This document shows positions 1-16,000 of a stretch of DNA of 64,000 bases, one piece after another. Made by a program: the position numbers and the translations under genes. Source of the stretch: a virus. The stretch is from the IMG/VR virus record IMGVR_UViG_3300045988_124250. One strand, given 5' to 3'. Position 1 is the stretch's first letter. Each line of letters begins with the position of its first letter. The notes beneath the pieces were generated by a model. It did not search any database and was not told where the DNA came from. It saw nothing but the letters and a program-made list of their open reading frames with translations.

Positions 1-3000
1 AATGGGATTTTATGAAAGAAAATCTCGAAACTGCTCGTAATGCTACTGGAACATTAACTGAACAATAGAAAATTTATGAAGAATCTTGGGAAGCCGCTAA
101 TAAGCGTTTACAAGCTTCATTCCAAGCTTTATACACCGATTTAATTGATGATAAATTTTTTATTAAATTTACAGATTTTTTATCTGATATGGTTGATGGC
201 GTTGATTCTTTTATTGATAAAATTGGTGGAATTAAACCTTTATTATTAGGATTTTTATCATTAATTGGTTAGACATTAAGCTCTAAAATTTAGCCGGCTT
301 TAGATAATGCAATAAATAATATTCAAATTTTAGTAGGTGGAGCAGATAAAGTTTATGCTAAAATATCTAAAGAAACTTCTGATAATATCAAATTATAGTT
401 AGAAGCAAGAACTAATTTTACTCCAGCTCAAGAGCAGGAATTAAAAAATTCTTAGGAATTATTAGGAGTAAAAAATAAATTAGCAACAGTGTCTGAAAAT
501 TTATCTGTTAGTGAAAAAAGATATTATGAAAATGAAATTCAATTTATTGAAAAACAATAGTAGGAAACAGTAAAATTAATTAAATTACGAGAACAATTAA
601 ATAAAGATACTAATCCTATTGATTTAAATGCTCCTAATCAAATCTATGATTATGGTACTAGTTATTTACAAAAATTAAAAGCTAATAAAGATAAAGCTTA
701 GTAGTCATATCGTAATAATCCATCTGAAAGTAATTAGGCAGATTTAGTCGCTGCTAGAAATGATTTAGCTTTTTTCTAGAATGATAAATTAGATATTCAG
801 GAATAGGCAGCGTCTCAATTAGCACAAACAGTTGAAAAATTAACAAATGCTTATAAAACTTTTATTGAAATTGGGCATGAAACAAATGAAACTTTATTAT
901 CAGGAAATGATTTATACTCTTTAACAATTGAAGGACTTAAAAAATTAGGGACTTAGTATACTAAATTAAATGGTGAAATTGATTTTGAAACGGTTCGAAC
1001 TTCTATTGATATGCTTATTGGTCCAGTAGATGAAGTCACAAAATCTTCAAAAGATTTTCAAAATGCTTTAGAAGCTATTGAAAGTGCATTAGATGGAGGA
1101 AAGCCAAAAGAAGTAAGTTAGGCTTTTAAACAATTAGCAGAAGTTCTAAAAAATACTACTGTTGAAGGAAAAAATGCGGCTAATGCTTTAGAACAAATGG
1201 GTCGTTCAACAAGTAAATCAATGAAATAGGCTAAAGGTGATATTTAGGCGCATGGTAAAGCATTAAAATAGTGGGGATAGGCTACTAAAGAAGCAAAAGA
1301 AGCACAAGAAGGACTCAATCAAGCAGTTATTAATTTTAAACCAATTCATAAAATACCTTTCACTTAGAGTATAATATCATTGGCCTCTGCTTGTGGTTCT
1401 GCCGCAATGGCATTACAATCATTTAATTCTATGATGCAAACATTATCTGATCCTGATATTTCTGGATGGGAAAAATTTACATCTGTTTTATTTAGTATTT
1501 CTATGATTGTTCCTGGGGTGTCTAGTGTTTTACGAGGATTAGGTACTGCTAATGCTTTTTTACAACAATAGTCCTAGAAACAATTTCTTACACTTTCTTT
1601 AGAAAATGTAGCAATAGGAGCTAATACAATAGTATTAACCCAGAATCAAAAAAAGAAAATAGATAATATATTAGCTAGTAAAAAATTAAATGATGCTTTT
1701 AAAAAGAATGCTATCCAAGCAGTTTTAGCAGCGGGAGGAGTAGTTACTGAAACTACAGCATTGCAAGCTGAAGCTATTGTAGCAGGAAAGGCGACGGTAA
1801 CAACTAATGCTTTTTCTACTGCTCTAAAAGGTCTATGGTTAAATATTGTTCCAGTTTTAGCTACTATTTGGCCTTTAATTGTAGCTTTAGGGGCTTTGGT
1901 AGCGGCTTGGGCGATATATGATAATGCTACTGGAGCCGCTGCGGAAAATGCTGAATAGAATAATAAAAATTTAGAAGAAACTAAAACAGCGTTAGATGAT
2001 GTAAATAGTAGATTAAATACATTAAATAGTACTTTATCTGGCTTAAATGATAAGCGTAAAAATATTGACAATCTTACTTATGGAACTATAGAATGGCGAG
2101 ATGCTGTTAATGAATTAAATGATGAAGTTGATGATTTAATTGAAAAATATGGTTTAATAAAGGGATAGGATTGGGATATTGATGCTCAGGGGCGTAAATA
2201 TATTACAGATACTGGCGCTGAGACTATGCGGACTTCAATGGATGAAGAACGTTCTAATTTATTATCAGCAAAAGCTGCTCAATAGAAATTTAAAGACAAA
2301 TATGAATATGATTAGAATAAAAAAGAAATTGTTTCTGATTATACTAAACGTGGATAGACTCATTATGACAATGATGTAGAATAGATTACATCTAAAGATT
2401 TGGATACTATTGTTAATGCTAAATTACGTAATCCAAGTTTAGAAATTAATCCTAATACATTAAAAGATTTAGGATTAGATCAAAGCGTTATTGATTTAAT
2501 TGATAATAATAGTGCTTTACAAGATGCTATTGAAGCATTAACTATATAGGCACAACGAATTGCTGATATAGAAACTAATGATATGTATAATAAAATGGTT
2601 TCTGAAGGCATTTTAGAAGATTTAAAAGAAGCCGGAGTTAGTGATGAATATGCTTCTGATATTGCTTATAAAATGGCTGAAGATGCAGTCCGTAATTCTA
2701 ATACTACAGATTATACCGACTAGTCTGCTACCGCTTTTAATGTTTTAAATAATTCAAATGAAAATATTCAAGAGTTTTTAAAAGAGAGAGGATATACTTA
2801 TAAAGATAATAATTTTTGGGGTAATTTATCTAAATTATAGAATGATAAAACTATTGAAGTATATATAGATGAAGATTAGAAAGAGACTAAAAATATTTCT
2901 GTTTCAGAGTTACGAGCTTGGCTGGAAAATAAATTAGCATCTGAAGATACTATAGCTAATGTTGATGATTATGTAGGGATTGAAGCTGATAGTAAAACAA

Positions 3001-6000
3001 CTTGGGAAAGCGCTTCTAAAGCGAAAGAAACTTGGGATAAAAATCAATCTACCGTTAATGAATTTTCAAAGTTAAGAGATTCTGGGGTCCCTCAAATTGA
3101 AGGATATGATGAAGAAACATTAAATAATTCTTATCAAGCTGCTTTAGAATCTAAAGCATCAGAAGTAGGAGAAGTTTTAAAGTAGAACTCTGAAGAATAT
3201 GCTAAGATGTTTGATATGACAAAAGAGGGCTTTGAAGATTGGATTAGCGATAGTGATAATATTATAGAAAATTTTGATTTAATATAGAAAGCTATTAATG
3301 GAGACGCTGAAGCAGTTAATGAATTACGAAAAAAAACTGGTTTAAATATTGGAACTATTGAAGATATTTAGGAAGCGTGGAATGATAATAGTAAAGCTTT
3401 AGATAAATATGCTGAGAAATTATCTAAAGGAGTAGAATTAACAGAATCAGAATATGATGCATTTGGAGATTTTTTAAATGCTAATTCAGATAGTTTTTCA
3501 TAGTTGGCAGGAGTAAGTGAAGAAACATTTGATAAAATTTTAGCGAAAGATAAAGATTTTATCAAAAAAGCAGGCCCATTAATTCCTAAAATGATGCAAG
3601 GAAATAAAGAAGCTTATGCTAAATTTAGAATTGAAGCTTAGAAAAAAATTATGATTGACGCTGATACTTCTCCTTATATAGCTAAATTAAGAGAGTGTGG
3701 AGAATACAATCAAGATCAAATTGATACAATGGTAGAACAATTATCTTCAGCTTTTGATACGTTAGCTAATCTTGCCGATTCTAAATAGATCGGTGTTAGG
3801 GTTGATGACAGTGAAGCTATTGCTGCCTGCCAACGCATAGTTGATGCTTTTGGATGGACAGCAGATGAAGCTGTTAAAGAAATGGGTAAAATGGGTTATA
3901 ATTTAGAGGTAGAACCTAGTGAACCTGTAGAGGAGACTACAACTGTATAGAATCCTATTTATGAGCATTATGGACCTGATGGATGTGTTTTACCTGTGCC
4001 TATTATTACTGGTTATGAAGATAAAGAAATAACTACTATGGTAGAGCCTCCTCCTACGGTACAAGCTATTACATATGATGGAGCTAAATTTGGAGGAAAA
4101 ACTGTAGGTGGTAATAAAAACAGTCCAACAAATAATAATACGAATGATAATAATCCTAGTGGAGGCGGTGGTAATTACACTCCTCCTCCTCCAAAAGAGT
4201 ATAAAGATGAAATTGAGCGCTATCATGTAATTAAACAAAAAATTGAAGATTTACAAGAGGTAATGGATCATTTAGCTAAAGCTAAAGAAAGAGCATTCGG
4301 TACTTCTAAATTAGAATTAATGGATCAAGAAATTGAGAAATATGATGAAATGATTGATTTATAGAATCAATATCTTGATGAAATTAATAAATACTGGGAA
4401 GAAGATAAGTCTTTAATCGCATCTTATGGGGCTGAGTTTGATGAAACTGGTGTTATTATTAATTATGATGAAATTATGAAGCGCCAGATTGACAAATATA
4501 ATTCATCTATTGGTAAAAATGAAGATGCTGATAAAGCGGCAGAAGAGGCTTATGATGATTTTATTGAAGCTTTAGAACAATATGAAGAAACTAATAATCT
4601 GCGCCAAGACGAATTAGAAAAATTATATGATTTACAAACTGAATTAGCTGATGTAATTTTTGAAAAAACTCAATACAAGATTGAAATTAAAATTGCCGTT
4701 AAAGATGATGAGTTGGAATATCTTGATTATTTACTTAGTAAAATTGAAGATGACGCCTATTCAGCGGCTGAAGCTATTGCATTAATTGGTGAAAAAGCAG
4801 AAAACGCTTTAGAAAAAACCAAAACTTATTCTGATGGTTTGCTGGAGTTATTAAATAATCATGGTATTAATTCTATTGAAGAATTGGATAAATTAACTGT
4901 TGATGATTTAAAAGCTAAGAATTTCACTGAAGATGAAATTGATCAAATTCGAGAATGGCGTTCTAGTATTTTAGAAGCTAATCAAGAATTGCTTGAAATG
5001 AGAGCAACTATTCAAGAAAAAGTTCTTGATAGTTTTAATCAATTTAGTGAGGATATTCAAGACCAAATTGATTTATTTGAACACTATCAAAATATTCTTG
5101 AAGGTGTTAAAGATATTACTTCCCTGTTAGGTGCTCAATTAAATGAACAATCAAAATTAGTATTGCGTAATTTAAATCGTTCATTAATGAATAATAGCAT
5201 TAATAATCTTGCAGGAGCTAAATAGCAAGTAGAGGCATTAAAACAAATGCGTGCTGACGCTCAAGAATAGTATGATAAAGCTGTTGCTAATGAAGATTCA
5301 ATTGGAATTAAACGATGGAGTGACACTTTAAAAGAAATTGATAAGCAAGTTCATGATGCTGAAGAAAATTTCTTAGATACTTGGCAAGAGACATTAGAGA
5401 GAGCTCATGATATCTTTGAAGAAGAAATGGATAATATCGTCAAAGAGTTTGAAGATGGCATATCTCCTATTTATGGTTCTATTGAGGCTTTGCAAGATGC
5501 TATTACTAGAGCTAATGAATTAAATGATTAGTATTTAAGTGATGCTGACAAGACTTATGAATTAAATAAACTAAGACGCCAAATTGAAGGCTCTATTGAT
5601 GATACTGACATTATTCCTCATAAACAAGCATTAAATAAATTACAAGATGAGTTAAATAAAAAATTAAAAGATGGCTCTAAAATTAGTGAATATGATTTAA
5701 AGATTTTACAATCTAAATATGAATTAGAGCTAGCTAGATAGAAATTGGAAGACGCCCAAAACTCTAATGAAACTGTTCGTTTAACTCGTGACAATAATGG
5801 GAATTGGGGATATGTATATAGTGCTAATGAAGATAAAATAGCTGAAGCTGAACAAGAATATGAAGATAAATTAAATGCTTATCAAAAAGCTAATGAAGAA
5901 TATTTGAAAACCTTAGAAAATAATATTATTCAATTACAATCTGATTATCAAGAAAAATTAACAGCAATAAAGTTGTCATTCACTCAAGGTGAAATTTCTC

Positions 6001-7028
6001 AAGCTGAATATGAAAAGTAGGCGGCTGATTTAGAAAAATATTATGATGAACGTATGCAGCAAATTCATTAGTAGTATGAAGAAGTATTTAAAAACAGTAA
6101 AGATGCTAATGAAAAATTTGTAGCATATTATAAAGATAGTTCTGGCGCATTAGTTGAAAATTTCAATTAGACTACTTTAGCATTAAAAACAGGATATTCT
6201 ACATTAGATGAAATGTTTAACGCATTCTGGAAAAGCCATGATAATTATGTAGCTGATTCTAATAAATTACTTGATGATTATTTAAATAAAATTAAAGAAA
6301 TTAATAGTACAGCAGGTATTGAAGGAAGTTTTGCTGATGAAGCTTCTGGATGGTCAATCAAAATTACTGGTGAATCAAATAAAGCCGTTGCAGATATGGA
6401 AAAAATTGTTAAAAATGCAACAGATTCATTTAATGATGTTATTAAAGCAGCCAGTGATTGGGAATCTATTTATGTTTCTAAAATTGATAGTGCGATTAAG
6501 CGTAATGAAGCTTTAGTAAAAACTATGAATGAAATGGTGGCTGCTTTGTCTGGAATGTAGAGTATTGATTATAGTAAATATGAAAATGCTATTGATTCTC
6601 GTTCAACAGCGACTGCCAATAATATAATTAGTACTCAACATAATTCTGAGAGTTTTAATAAATCAGCTGGAATTCCTGATTATATTTCTCAATTCTCTTA
6701 TTTAGATATGTTAGATCAATTAGATATAAATAAACAAATTGAAGGTTGGATGAATAATAATGAATTAAATATTGATACTGCTTTAATGGATAGTTTAGAT
6801 ATTTCTACTATATTACAAAATATAGGATTAAATGTTTAGACTATTGTAAGCTATTTATCTAATCTTATTCCTTCTTCTCTTGGTGTTGATAGAATTGCAC
6901 AAGAATTTATGCAACAAGTTTCTATTAATGCTGATTTCCCGAATGTGACTGATAGTAATGAAATTATGGAAGCATTTGAAATGATGGAAAATGAAGCAAG
7001 TCAATATGCTAGTCGAAAGACTATTTAA
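1..7028 (+). CDS. Tape measure protein (5' partial, more than 2340 codons) containing about 45 in-frame TAG codons, which are read as sense
   Basis: Frame-3 ORF pieces 1380, 1761, 3996, 4476, 5745 and 6213 share one frame and are joined only by TAG. No TAA or TGA occurs until the TAA at 7026-7028. The protein is coiled-coil rich and has two hydrophobic Ala/Gly-rich membrane-like segments (about 1380-1560 and 1700-1930) typical of tape measure proteins. A hairpin terminator follows. Confidence 0.75.
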
Positions 7029-7032
7029 TTTA

Positions 7033-7066
7033 AATGGCGAGGTAATTAAACCTCGCCATTTTTTTA
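7033..7066 (+). terminator. Rho-independent terminator (aatggcgagg / cctcgccatt stem plus T-run)
   Basis: Perfect 10-bp inverted repeat followed by TTTTTTATT, directly after the tape-measure stop. Confidence 0.65.
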
Positions 7067-7140
7067 TTGGCCAAATATAAATAATAAAATAAGATTTTTT
7101 CTCAAAATTTATTAGAATATGAGAAAAAGGAGAGCGAATT

Positions 7141-10032
7141 ATGTCTAATGAATTAAATGAAAAAATATTCCGATCAGTAGACACAATTGTATCTGCTCGA
7201 TTATAGAATTTACCATTTGACTAGACAATAGTTGGAGTAGTAGAAAGTGTTCCTGAAAGTATTGAAGGAGCATAGAAATATATTGTAAATTATAAAGGAG
7301 CTAAATTAACAGTTTTTGTTAATGAAAAAGATAAATCTTATGCTCTTAATGAAGAAGTTTATGTATTAATTCCACAAGGCGATTTTTCTGGTAAGAAATT
7401 GATTACTGGACGTGTAATTAGTGATTATGAAGTAATTGGTAAAGATGATTCTAAAACTTTTTATGCAGCTAATTAGCTTTTTAATTAGAGTAAAGAGATT
7501 GTGTTAATTCCTAGTTCTGAAGGTCGAGAGTCTAGTAAAACTATTATGGGTCCTCAGAGTTATATAAGTAATAATGAATTAGTAGGATATACGACTTTAC
7601 GTATTTCTTATAATTTAATGGCTGATTTATATAATGGCGCAAAAACTTTAAATAAAGGTACTTATGGTATCCGTATTATATTAAGTGGAAAAGATTAGAC
7701 AACAAAAGAATTAAAAACATTTACTCGACAGACCACAACAATATCCTCTAATAAAGATATGTTATTTTTAAGTGCATATAAAACAGGAGGTTATACTTCT
7801 CAATATTTTGATATAGATGTTACTAATTTAATTATTAATGATATCCAAATTGAATTATGGGAAAATGGCAATTTTTACGATAGTGATAATAATAAAATTG
7901 ATAGTTCAGATTCTTTTTCAATTGTTTTTAAAAATATAAATTTATATTTAGGATATTATAAAAGTAATTTTTCAGATATTACAACTGATAGTAATATTGG
8001 CGTTTATTTATATCCAAGAGGTAGCAATAGATATTAGTTCACTCCCTCTCAAGATGAAGAAAAACGTAAGGTTACAATGGGGTTTAGAGTTATAGATATG
8101 ACTTCAGGGACTTTGGCTACATTTACTGGGGCAGAAATATGGTTATATTCTTATGATAAAGATGTAACTGAAAATAGTTCAGTATTTGGTCAAGGTTGGT
8201 GGCGTTTAGGTGCAAGAGCAGATGGCAGCTATGATGAGATTCCTATTCTTGCGGGTAATACAATTTCTATCTCTCTCCGTTTAGGAGATTAGATTTTTAC
8301 TCAATCATATAGGATTTATTTTAAAGGTAAAATAGGAACAAGAGAAGTTTTAGGATATTCTTAGTCATGTTCTTATACAAATACATTATATAATCCAGAT
8401 ATTGGTTTATTAGCTGGTTTAAATTTATTTACGAATAATAATAATAATACATTTTATATATATGGACAAGATAACCAATTATTAGCTCGTTCTGATGGAG
8501 AAAAAATCCATTATATTGCGGTAGAATTTAATAGCAAAGATACTAGTAAGACTACAACATTGACAAATGGTGTTCGATTACGATATATGCTACCTTCTAA
8601 AAAAACAATGATTATTCCAGTGGAAAATGGAAAGATAAATAAGCATGATGAGTATGAGTTTGAGCATATATTAAATACTGATAAAAATACTGCTCCTATG
8701 TATGATTATTTAAATCCTACAACTAAAATATATTATATACCTTTTAGAATTAACTCTTTATACAATCCACTTTTTAGAAATAATACAATTAAATGTGAAA
8801 TTGAAATTAATAATTAGATATATACCAGTTCAATTGAATTATTATTTGGTAATAGCGGCTCTTCTGGGGCTAATTGTGTACTTCAATTATCACTACAAGA
8901 AAAAATTAAAGATTAGTATAAGGATTGTAAAGTTATTTGTCCTATTTCTCAAGATAAGGAGTATCGAATAGTTGCTAATTTATATGATTATACTTGGCAA
9001 GGACGTTCTGATATTGAATTAACTTATGAATGGTATTATAATTCTTTAAATTCTGATAAGATTTCATTAGTGGATAATATTATTAAAATTCATGAAGCAT
9101 TAACAGAATCTGATATTAATCTTTTATCAAAATTAGTGGTTAAAGTAAAAGGAACTTATAATAATAATAATTTAGAGGGATATATTAGTATTCCTACTAC
9201 ATTTAATCCAGAATATGTTTGTGCTGATGGATGCTCTATAATAACTTATGATATTACTGGTAAAAAACCGGTATATGAAAAAACTAATTATCAAATTTTT
9301 AAATATACAACTGAAATGGATGGGTTTGAAACTGTATCTGAAAATTTAAATTGGAGCTTGCAGAATAATATTAAAAATGATGAGAACAAAATTTTAGCAT
9401 AGTGGAAATTTGAAAATAATATAATTATTCCGCCTACTGTATTTTCCTCTCAAGATAATAATTCAACTTGTCTCTATGTATAGGCATAGAATAAAACAGA
9501 CAAAATAGTATGGATATAGCCTATTGTAGTGATTAAAAATAATTATCCTATTGCAATGTGGAATGATTTACAAGGGGCAGCTATTAATTTTAATGACGAA
9601 ACTTTACAATTAATTTCTACTACAGTAGGACAATTAAATAGTAATTAGACTAAAGGTGTACTAATGGGTACATTTAAAAATAATAATAATTTAGAAGAAT
9701 ATGGTTTATACGCTTTTGATAATAAAAAAAATATATTTAAAATAAACGATTAGGGAGAAGCTTGGATAAAAACTGCTACTTCAGCATAGAATTTAGCAAG
9801 TGCTGATTATAAAAGTTTATTAAATATTGGAAGCTCTGGGAACCCAGTATATTTCTTAAATGGAGTACCCGTCCAATGTAATTTATCTTCAAATTCTACT
9901 ATTAAGACTTTAATTGATAGGTGCGATAAATTAGAACAACGTATCCAAATTTTGGAAAGTAATTTCAATACATTATAGCAAACAACAATTCCAAATTTAG
10001 TAAAACGCATTCAAGCATTGGAAAATAAATAA
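7141..10032 (+). CDS. Virion tail/baseplate protein (about 963 codons, roughly 25 in-frame TAGs) in the distal-tail-protein position after the tape measure
   Basis: RBS AAAAAGGAGAG then ATG at 7141. ORF pieces 7501, 7759, 8077, 8560 and 9070 are all in the same frame and linked only by TAG. The gene ends at TAA 10030-10032. The C-terminus is a coiled coil. Confidence 0.6.
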
Positions 10033-10052
10033 TAATTATGTGGTAAAGGAGA

Positions 10053-13000
10053 ATGACTATGCCTGAAAGATTATATCCTCCTGTAATAGCAGGTACTTTA
10101 CCTGCTTTTTGTAAGAGTTATATTGAAACAGGCGACACGAAAGTATTAAAGGATGTTCAGATTACAATTCCTTTTACTGCGAGTGCCGCGGTCAATGATA
10201 AAGAATTTGTTGGATTTGTTTTACGATTAAAAACTGCTTCAACAAATACTTATTTATTTAATCCAATCGAATCAATGGATTTTAATACTGCTAATTCTAC
10301 TGTTACATTTACGATACCTCCTTCTTAGGGAGCCTTATTAAATGAAGGTTAGTATTACAAGGTACAATTAGCCTATATTTCACAATATACATAGACTGAA
10401 ACAAAAGAAGATCCTGACACGAAAGAAACTATTACAGTTAATGTTGTTAAAAAATTAACAGGATACTATTCTACTATTGGTATTATTAAATGTATTTAGG
10501 AACCTAAAATTTCAGTTAAAGGGTATTCAATTGATAGTATTAATTTATTTAATAATAATTTATTTGGTTTGTATGAATTATCTTCTGATTTTGATTAGAG
10601 TGAAAAAGTATATTCTTATAATTTTTCATTTTATACAGAAGAAGGGGAATTATATTATACCACTGGTGAATTATTACATAATAATTCTAATGATATTGAA
10701 TATGGAATATCTACTGATTCAGTTGTTTTAAGTAGTTTCATTAAAACTAGTGAAGTTTATAAATTAGTTTATACTGTTACAACTTTAAATGGATATGTGG
10801 CATCAAGCCCAATGTATAGAGTAACAGCAGAAACTTTATTAGCTCCTAGTAAAAGTATTTCAATCACAACAGACCCTCATCCAAATAGTGGATGTATTAA
10901 TGTTAATTTTCATGGTATTGAACGAGTAGTCCGTCAAGAAAATGTTATTAAGGAAATGACTCGTATTAATACTTATTATAATTATTCTAAAAATTTAATG
11001 ATAAAATTAAAACGATTCTATCAAGGGGCAAATAGTCCAGATAATCCGCAAATTAAAGAGTGGGTTGATCGAATTTAGGAATCAGGATTTGTTGTTAATA
11101 TTTTAGAAAAGTATAGAATATATTTACGAGATAATGTTTCATTATTAAATGATATGTGTGGTATTTCTACTGGTATTTTAGAGTCTTTAATTATGGAATC
11201 AAAAGAATTTGATTTATATTTAGGAGAATATTTAGGTTCTGTTATAGAAAATATCGGTAAAGAAAAAGAAGAAATAAATTATTATAATTTATTTAGTAAA
11301 TTTTTATGGAATACTACAGTATATATTGCTACTTCATTTGAAGGATATAAAAATTTAAATATTATTTTATAGAATAGAGTAAATTCTTATTTAAATTATT
11401 TATAGGATTCTATAAATGCTGATGAAACAGAGTTAGATTAGATTGTTACAGATTAGAGTTTAATTAATTTATGCCAAAATATTATTACTACGGCTAATTT
11501 ATCTACTGAATTAGCTAAAGAATATTTACATATTTTAGGATATGATTCTAATATTGAATACCAAGTAGATAAACAAGAAGATACTTATTTTGGTCAATAC
11601 ATTTTAGTAAGGGCCAGCGAAGAGGATGAATATCGTTCTTGGTTAGAATTAAAACGATTTAAACTTGAAAATATGAAACCATCATTAGTGGATTATAATG
11701 ATTATACTGTTAAACAAGGTGTTAAATATATTTATGGTATAATTCAATATAATTTGTTTGGTATTTACTCTTCTCGTATTGAAAGTGAACCCGTTTCAGT
11801 TGATTTTGAAGATATCTTTTTATATGATGGAGATAGAGTTTTAAAAGTAAAATTCAATCCTAAAGTATCTTCATTTAAAACTACAATATTAGAACAAAAA
11901 ACAAATACAATTGGCAATAAATTTCCCTTTATTTTCAGAAATGGAAAAGTTGCTTATAAAGAATTTCCTATTAGTGGATTAATTTCTTACCAAATGGATG
12001 ATGAAATTTTATTTTATGATAGAGAAATTCAAGATTATATTAGAACTTGTACTGACCATGCCGATATTAAAAATAGTACAGAATTTTTTGATCGTATGGA
12101 AAAAGTATTAGAAAATCCTTGTGATTTAATTGAAAATAATATTCATAAAGAGCGCAATTTTAAAATGGAAGTCTTAGATTGGTTAAATAATGGATAGCCT
12201 AAATTATTCCGGTCTGGACCAGAAGGGAATTTTATCGTTCGTATTATGAATATTTCTATGTCGCCAGTAGATACACTAGGACGTATGCTTCATTCTTTTA
12301 CCGGACAATGTGTTGAAATTGCGGATTTAACTTATGAAAATTTATTAAAATATGGATTTATAAAATCTGATATTGTTAGTAAATATATTTCATTATGGCG
12401 TAGTTATTATTTAAATGAATATGAGCCAGGTATGGATATTACTATAGATTTTGAATCAAATAATATTAGTCAATTTTCTGTTCAAGATTTATTACCTGGG
12501 TCTAGTATTTTCTTAACTTATGGTGATGTGTCAGAAAAAACAGAAGATGAAATTTTAATTGGAATTACTGGTTCATATACTTATAATAATTCAAGTCGAA
12601 AAATAAGTCGTATTAGAATACCTAATGATGAATATACTCATCCAGTAGGCATTTTAGAATGCCAGTATCAAGGAGTTCGATATGGAGACTTTGATGCAAT
12701 CACTGAAGTAAAATTAAAAACAATTTTAAGTCATTAGTTTGTAGGAGTTAATCCAGTATTAACTGAATTAGACACTTTAGTTACTAAATAGAAAGATTAG
12801 TCTTTAACTGAATCAGATGTTAATAAATTTAGAAATGCATTAAGCTCTTTAAATGAAAGAATTGTATTAAATAAATTAGATGCAAATTCTGCATTTGAAA
12901 AAATTTATGATACTTTAGCGGCTAAAGGATTTGAACCTGGCAATATTATGTCTTATATTAATACTCAATTCTATAACTATACTAGAGATAAATTAAAAGT

Positions 13001-16000
13001 TTTAAATTTAGAACAATTACACATAAAAGTGCGCGAATTAATACCTATTTATGCTGTACCTTATGAATATGTCACTCCTGAAGGATGGGCAAAGATAACT
13101 GCGGAAAATCCATCTGGAGTACCTTGGGCGATTAGTGATGGAAAAGCAACTCATGTATGTTTGCCTCAAGCTGATGGTAGTTATTCTAAATATGATTATG
13201 AAGAAAATTTCGGAAGTCAATATTTATTATATTCTGTTTCTCCTTTTGGAGAGCCCTATCCAATAGATGAATTAACTCCAAAAGTAAGAGAATATTTTAA
13301 TGTAAATGATGAATTTTGTGTATTTTAGATGTATGAGTATTTTCCTCATTTTGACTCTTGGATGCCAACATAGCGTACTAATATTTTTGGAGTAAAGACT
13401 GGTCAATATTATGATTGTTATTGGAAATCAGTGATTGATGATTTTGACACTTCATTTTATATCAATGAAAAATATCGTTATGAAAAATTACATGACATTC
13501 AATATGACGAAGAAGTTGGATTATATTATGTTTTAATTAAAAATAAAAAGACATATTTAAATGATGAATTAGAGTTGTATGTTGAAAAAGATGGAAAATA
13601 TAAATTAGTTAAGGATGTTTATATTATTCCTAAAGGAGCTACAGATAAATATCAAGATTATATTAATAATCAAATTAAAGCATTAAATGATTTAAGAGAA
13701 AAAAAATTACAAACTGCTATTATGTTTGACCATAAAGCTATTAATGATTTTTATGATGCTTAGATAAAATCTTTAGAAGATTTATTAAAAAACGCTACAT
13801 TCTATAAAACTATAAAAAATAATAATGAATTAATTCATGAAAAAGATTATTTATCAACAGCTATTCGTTGGTTGAATAAAGAAGATTATAATCCAGTTCC
13901 TGAGTTTTATCATACTGATTGGACTGTTGATGAAAATAGTATTGCTAAGTCAATTGTATAGCAAGATTAGATTAAAGATTTTTATATTCGTTTTGATAAT
14001 TCTGTAGAGTTAGAGTATGATGATAATAGATATTTTTCTAATTTAAGCTCTCCTGATATAATTAAGATTGGTACGGGGCTAATAGCGGAAGCAACGTTTT
14101 AGTTAGAAATTTTAGATTATTATACTGAAGTAAATGATAGTGAAACAAAACGAGCTAAAGATAATTATATATAGCAATCAGAATTTTTAAGAGCTTTATA
14201 TCGTAATTATGAACTAATAGCAGAAGCTGATAATAATTTTTAGAGATATTTAACTTTAACTCGCAGTTATAATACTTTATTAAATGGTTTATCAGAATCA
14301 AATAATATTCCTTATGAAGATTTAAATGATCATCAATCTCGTTTAGAAAGAATAATTAATTGGCAGGATCGTAATATTATTAATGAAATTTTAAATACTA
14401 TGAAACCAGCAGCATTAAAGAATTTTGATATTGTTGATTTATGGTCAAATGATATTACTGAAGAGAAGAAAGCTGAAATAAAAAAAGAAGTATTAAAAAC
14501 AATTAAGCGAATGTAGATAAATAAAGGTATGTATACTGAATTAAAATTATAGGATGAAGAAGAATAGGATTTATTAGATTTAATTTAGCAACCAACTAAA
14601 GAAGGTATTAATTCTAAATTAAATAAATTAGATTCTTTATTACAATCTCTTTATAATAATTAGAATTCTGCTATTGAAAATGCTAATTCTATTGCGAATG
14701 ATTATAGTGGTTTATTAAATCAAATTTATGAAATCGCTGATAAAAATGGTCAAACGCTTACTGATGATGGTTATAATGCAACTGTTTATAGATATAAAGC
14801 GGCATTATGGTTATATTGTTTAATTTATTAGAGTATAGCTAATCAATTAACAAATGTTACTTCTTCTAATTACAACTCAATAAAAGATAATCTTGAGCAA
14901 ATTGAGTCTTCAATTAATATTACTGAGATTTTAACTAATATAAAAAATCATTATAATAGAGTTTTAGCAGGGCTGGGCAGTACCAATACTTCTGAAGCTG
15001 AGGCTCGTCGGAATCAAATGAATTATTATATTGATGCTTGGACTTCTATTCAAGGATTATATGATACTATAATAGGGTATTTAGCTATTATAAAAGATCA
15101 AGATGACGATGATGCTTTAGATAAATTATTATATCAAAAAGTTTTGGGTGGCATACATGAAATTTTATGGTATTATGGACGTTTAAAACAATCTCGTAGA
15201 AATTTAAATAAATTATTAGGATAGACTGATAATTTAGATTCTGACACTAAAGCGTTTATTAATTTTATTGGTACTGATGATAATGATAATTTTTTATATC
15301 CTTTTAATGCTTGCGTTGATTTAATTGAGAAATTAAAAAATACTAAAATTGATTTAGATAATATGGATACTCTAAAGGATTTATTTTAGGTATCTAGTTT
15401 AATTGATATAGGAAATACTATTGCTTCTGATTATACTGCTTTAAATTTAAAATTACAAGGCGGTACTGAATAGAATGGCTTGGAAGATGAAGACAGTTCT
15501 TCTATTATTAAATTTATTTTAGCGGCAGATAAATTAGATTATGTTTGTTAGTCAGCAAAAGAATTAAATTGGCCTAATTCAATTATAAATGATAGTACTA
15601 GTTTATCATCTAAGTTAAATTATTATTTATAGAAATCTATTACATTCTCAGGGTGGTGGAGCGATAGGAAAAGAGATCTTTTATATTGTTTAGCTTTTAG
15701 AGATCGATTATTATATTCATTCTATTATTACGAGAAGAATAATCGTAAATATTCAGATTCTTATATAACTAAATTAGGTTCTTCTATACAAAGTACTATT
15801 CGATCTAGTTCTAATCGTAATATTATTTTAGACATTGAAGGAAATAATTCAGATGAAGGAGATAATTCAATTTTTAATAGTATTGAATTTGATTAGAATA
15901 CTTATGGTCTTGAAGCTACTAATATTCGTATAGTTAAAATTAATAAACTATTGTATATTATTGATAATACTTGTTTACCAGTAAAAGAGAATGGATATAA

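Noticed and set aside
1646-7184. Minus-strand ORFs inside the tape-measure gene (1646-2071, 3368-3565, 3990-4238, 6855-7184)
   Set aside because: They are antisense to a continuous coding frame and look like low-complexity translation artefacts.
10477-10731. ORF 10477-10731 (+), made up of Ile and Leu only
   Set aside because: It is off-frame inside the 10053-17327 coding frame. Its composition is typical of a spurious alternative-frame ORF in AT-rich DNA. The same applies to 22762-22947 and 62536-62757.
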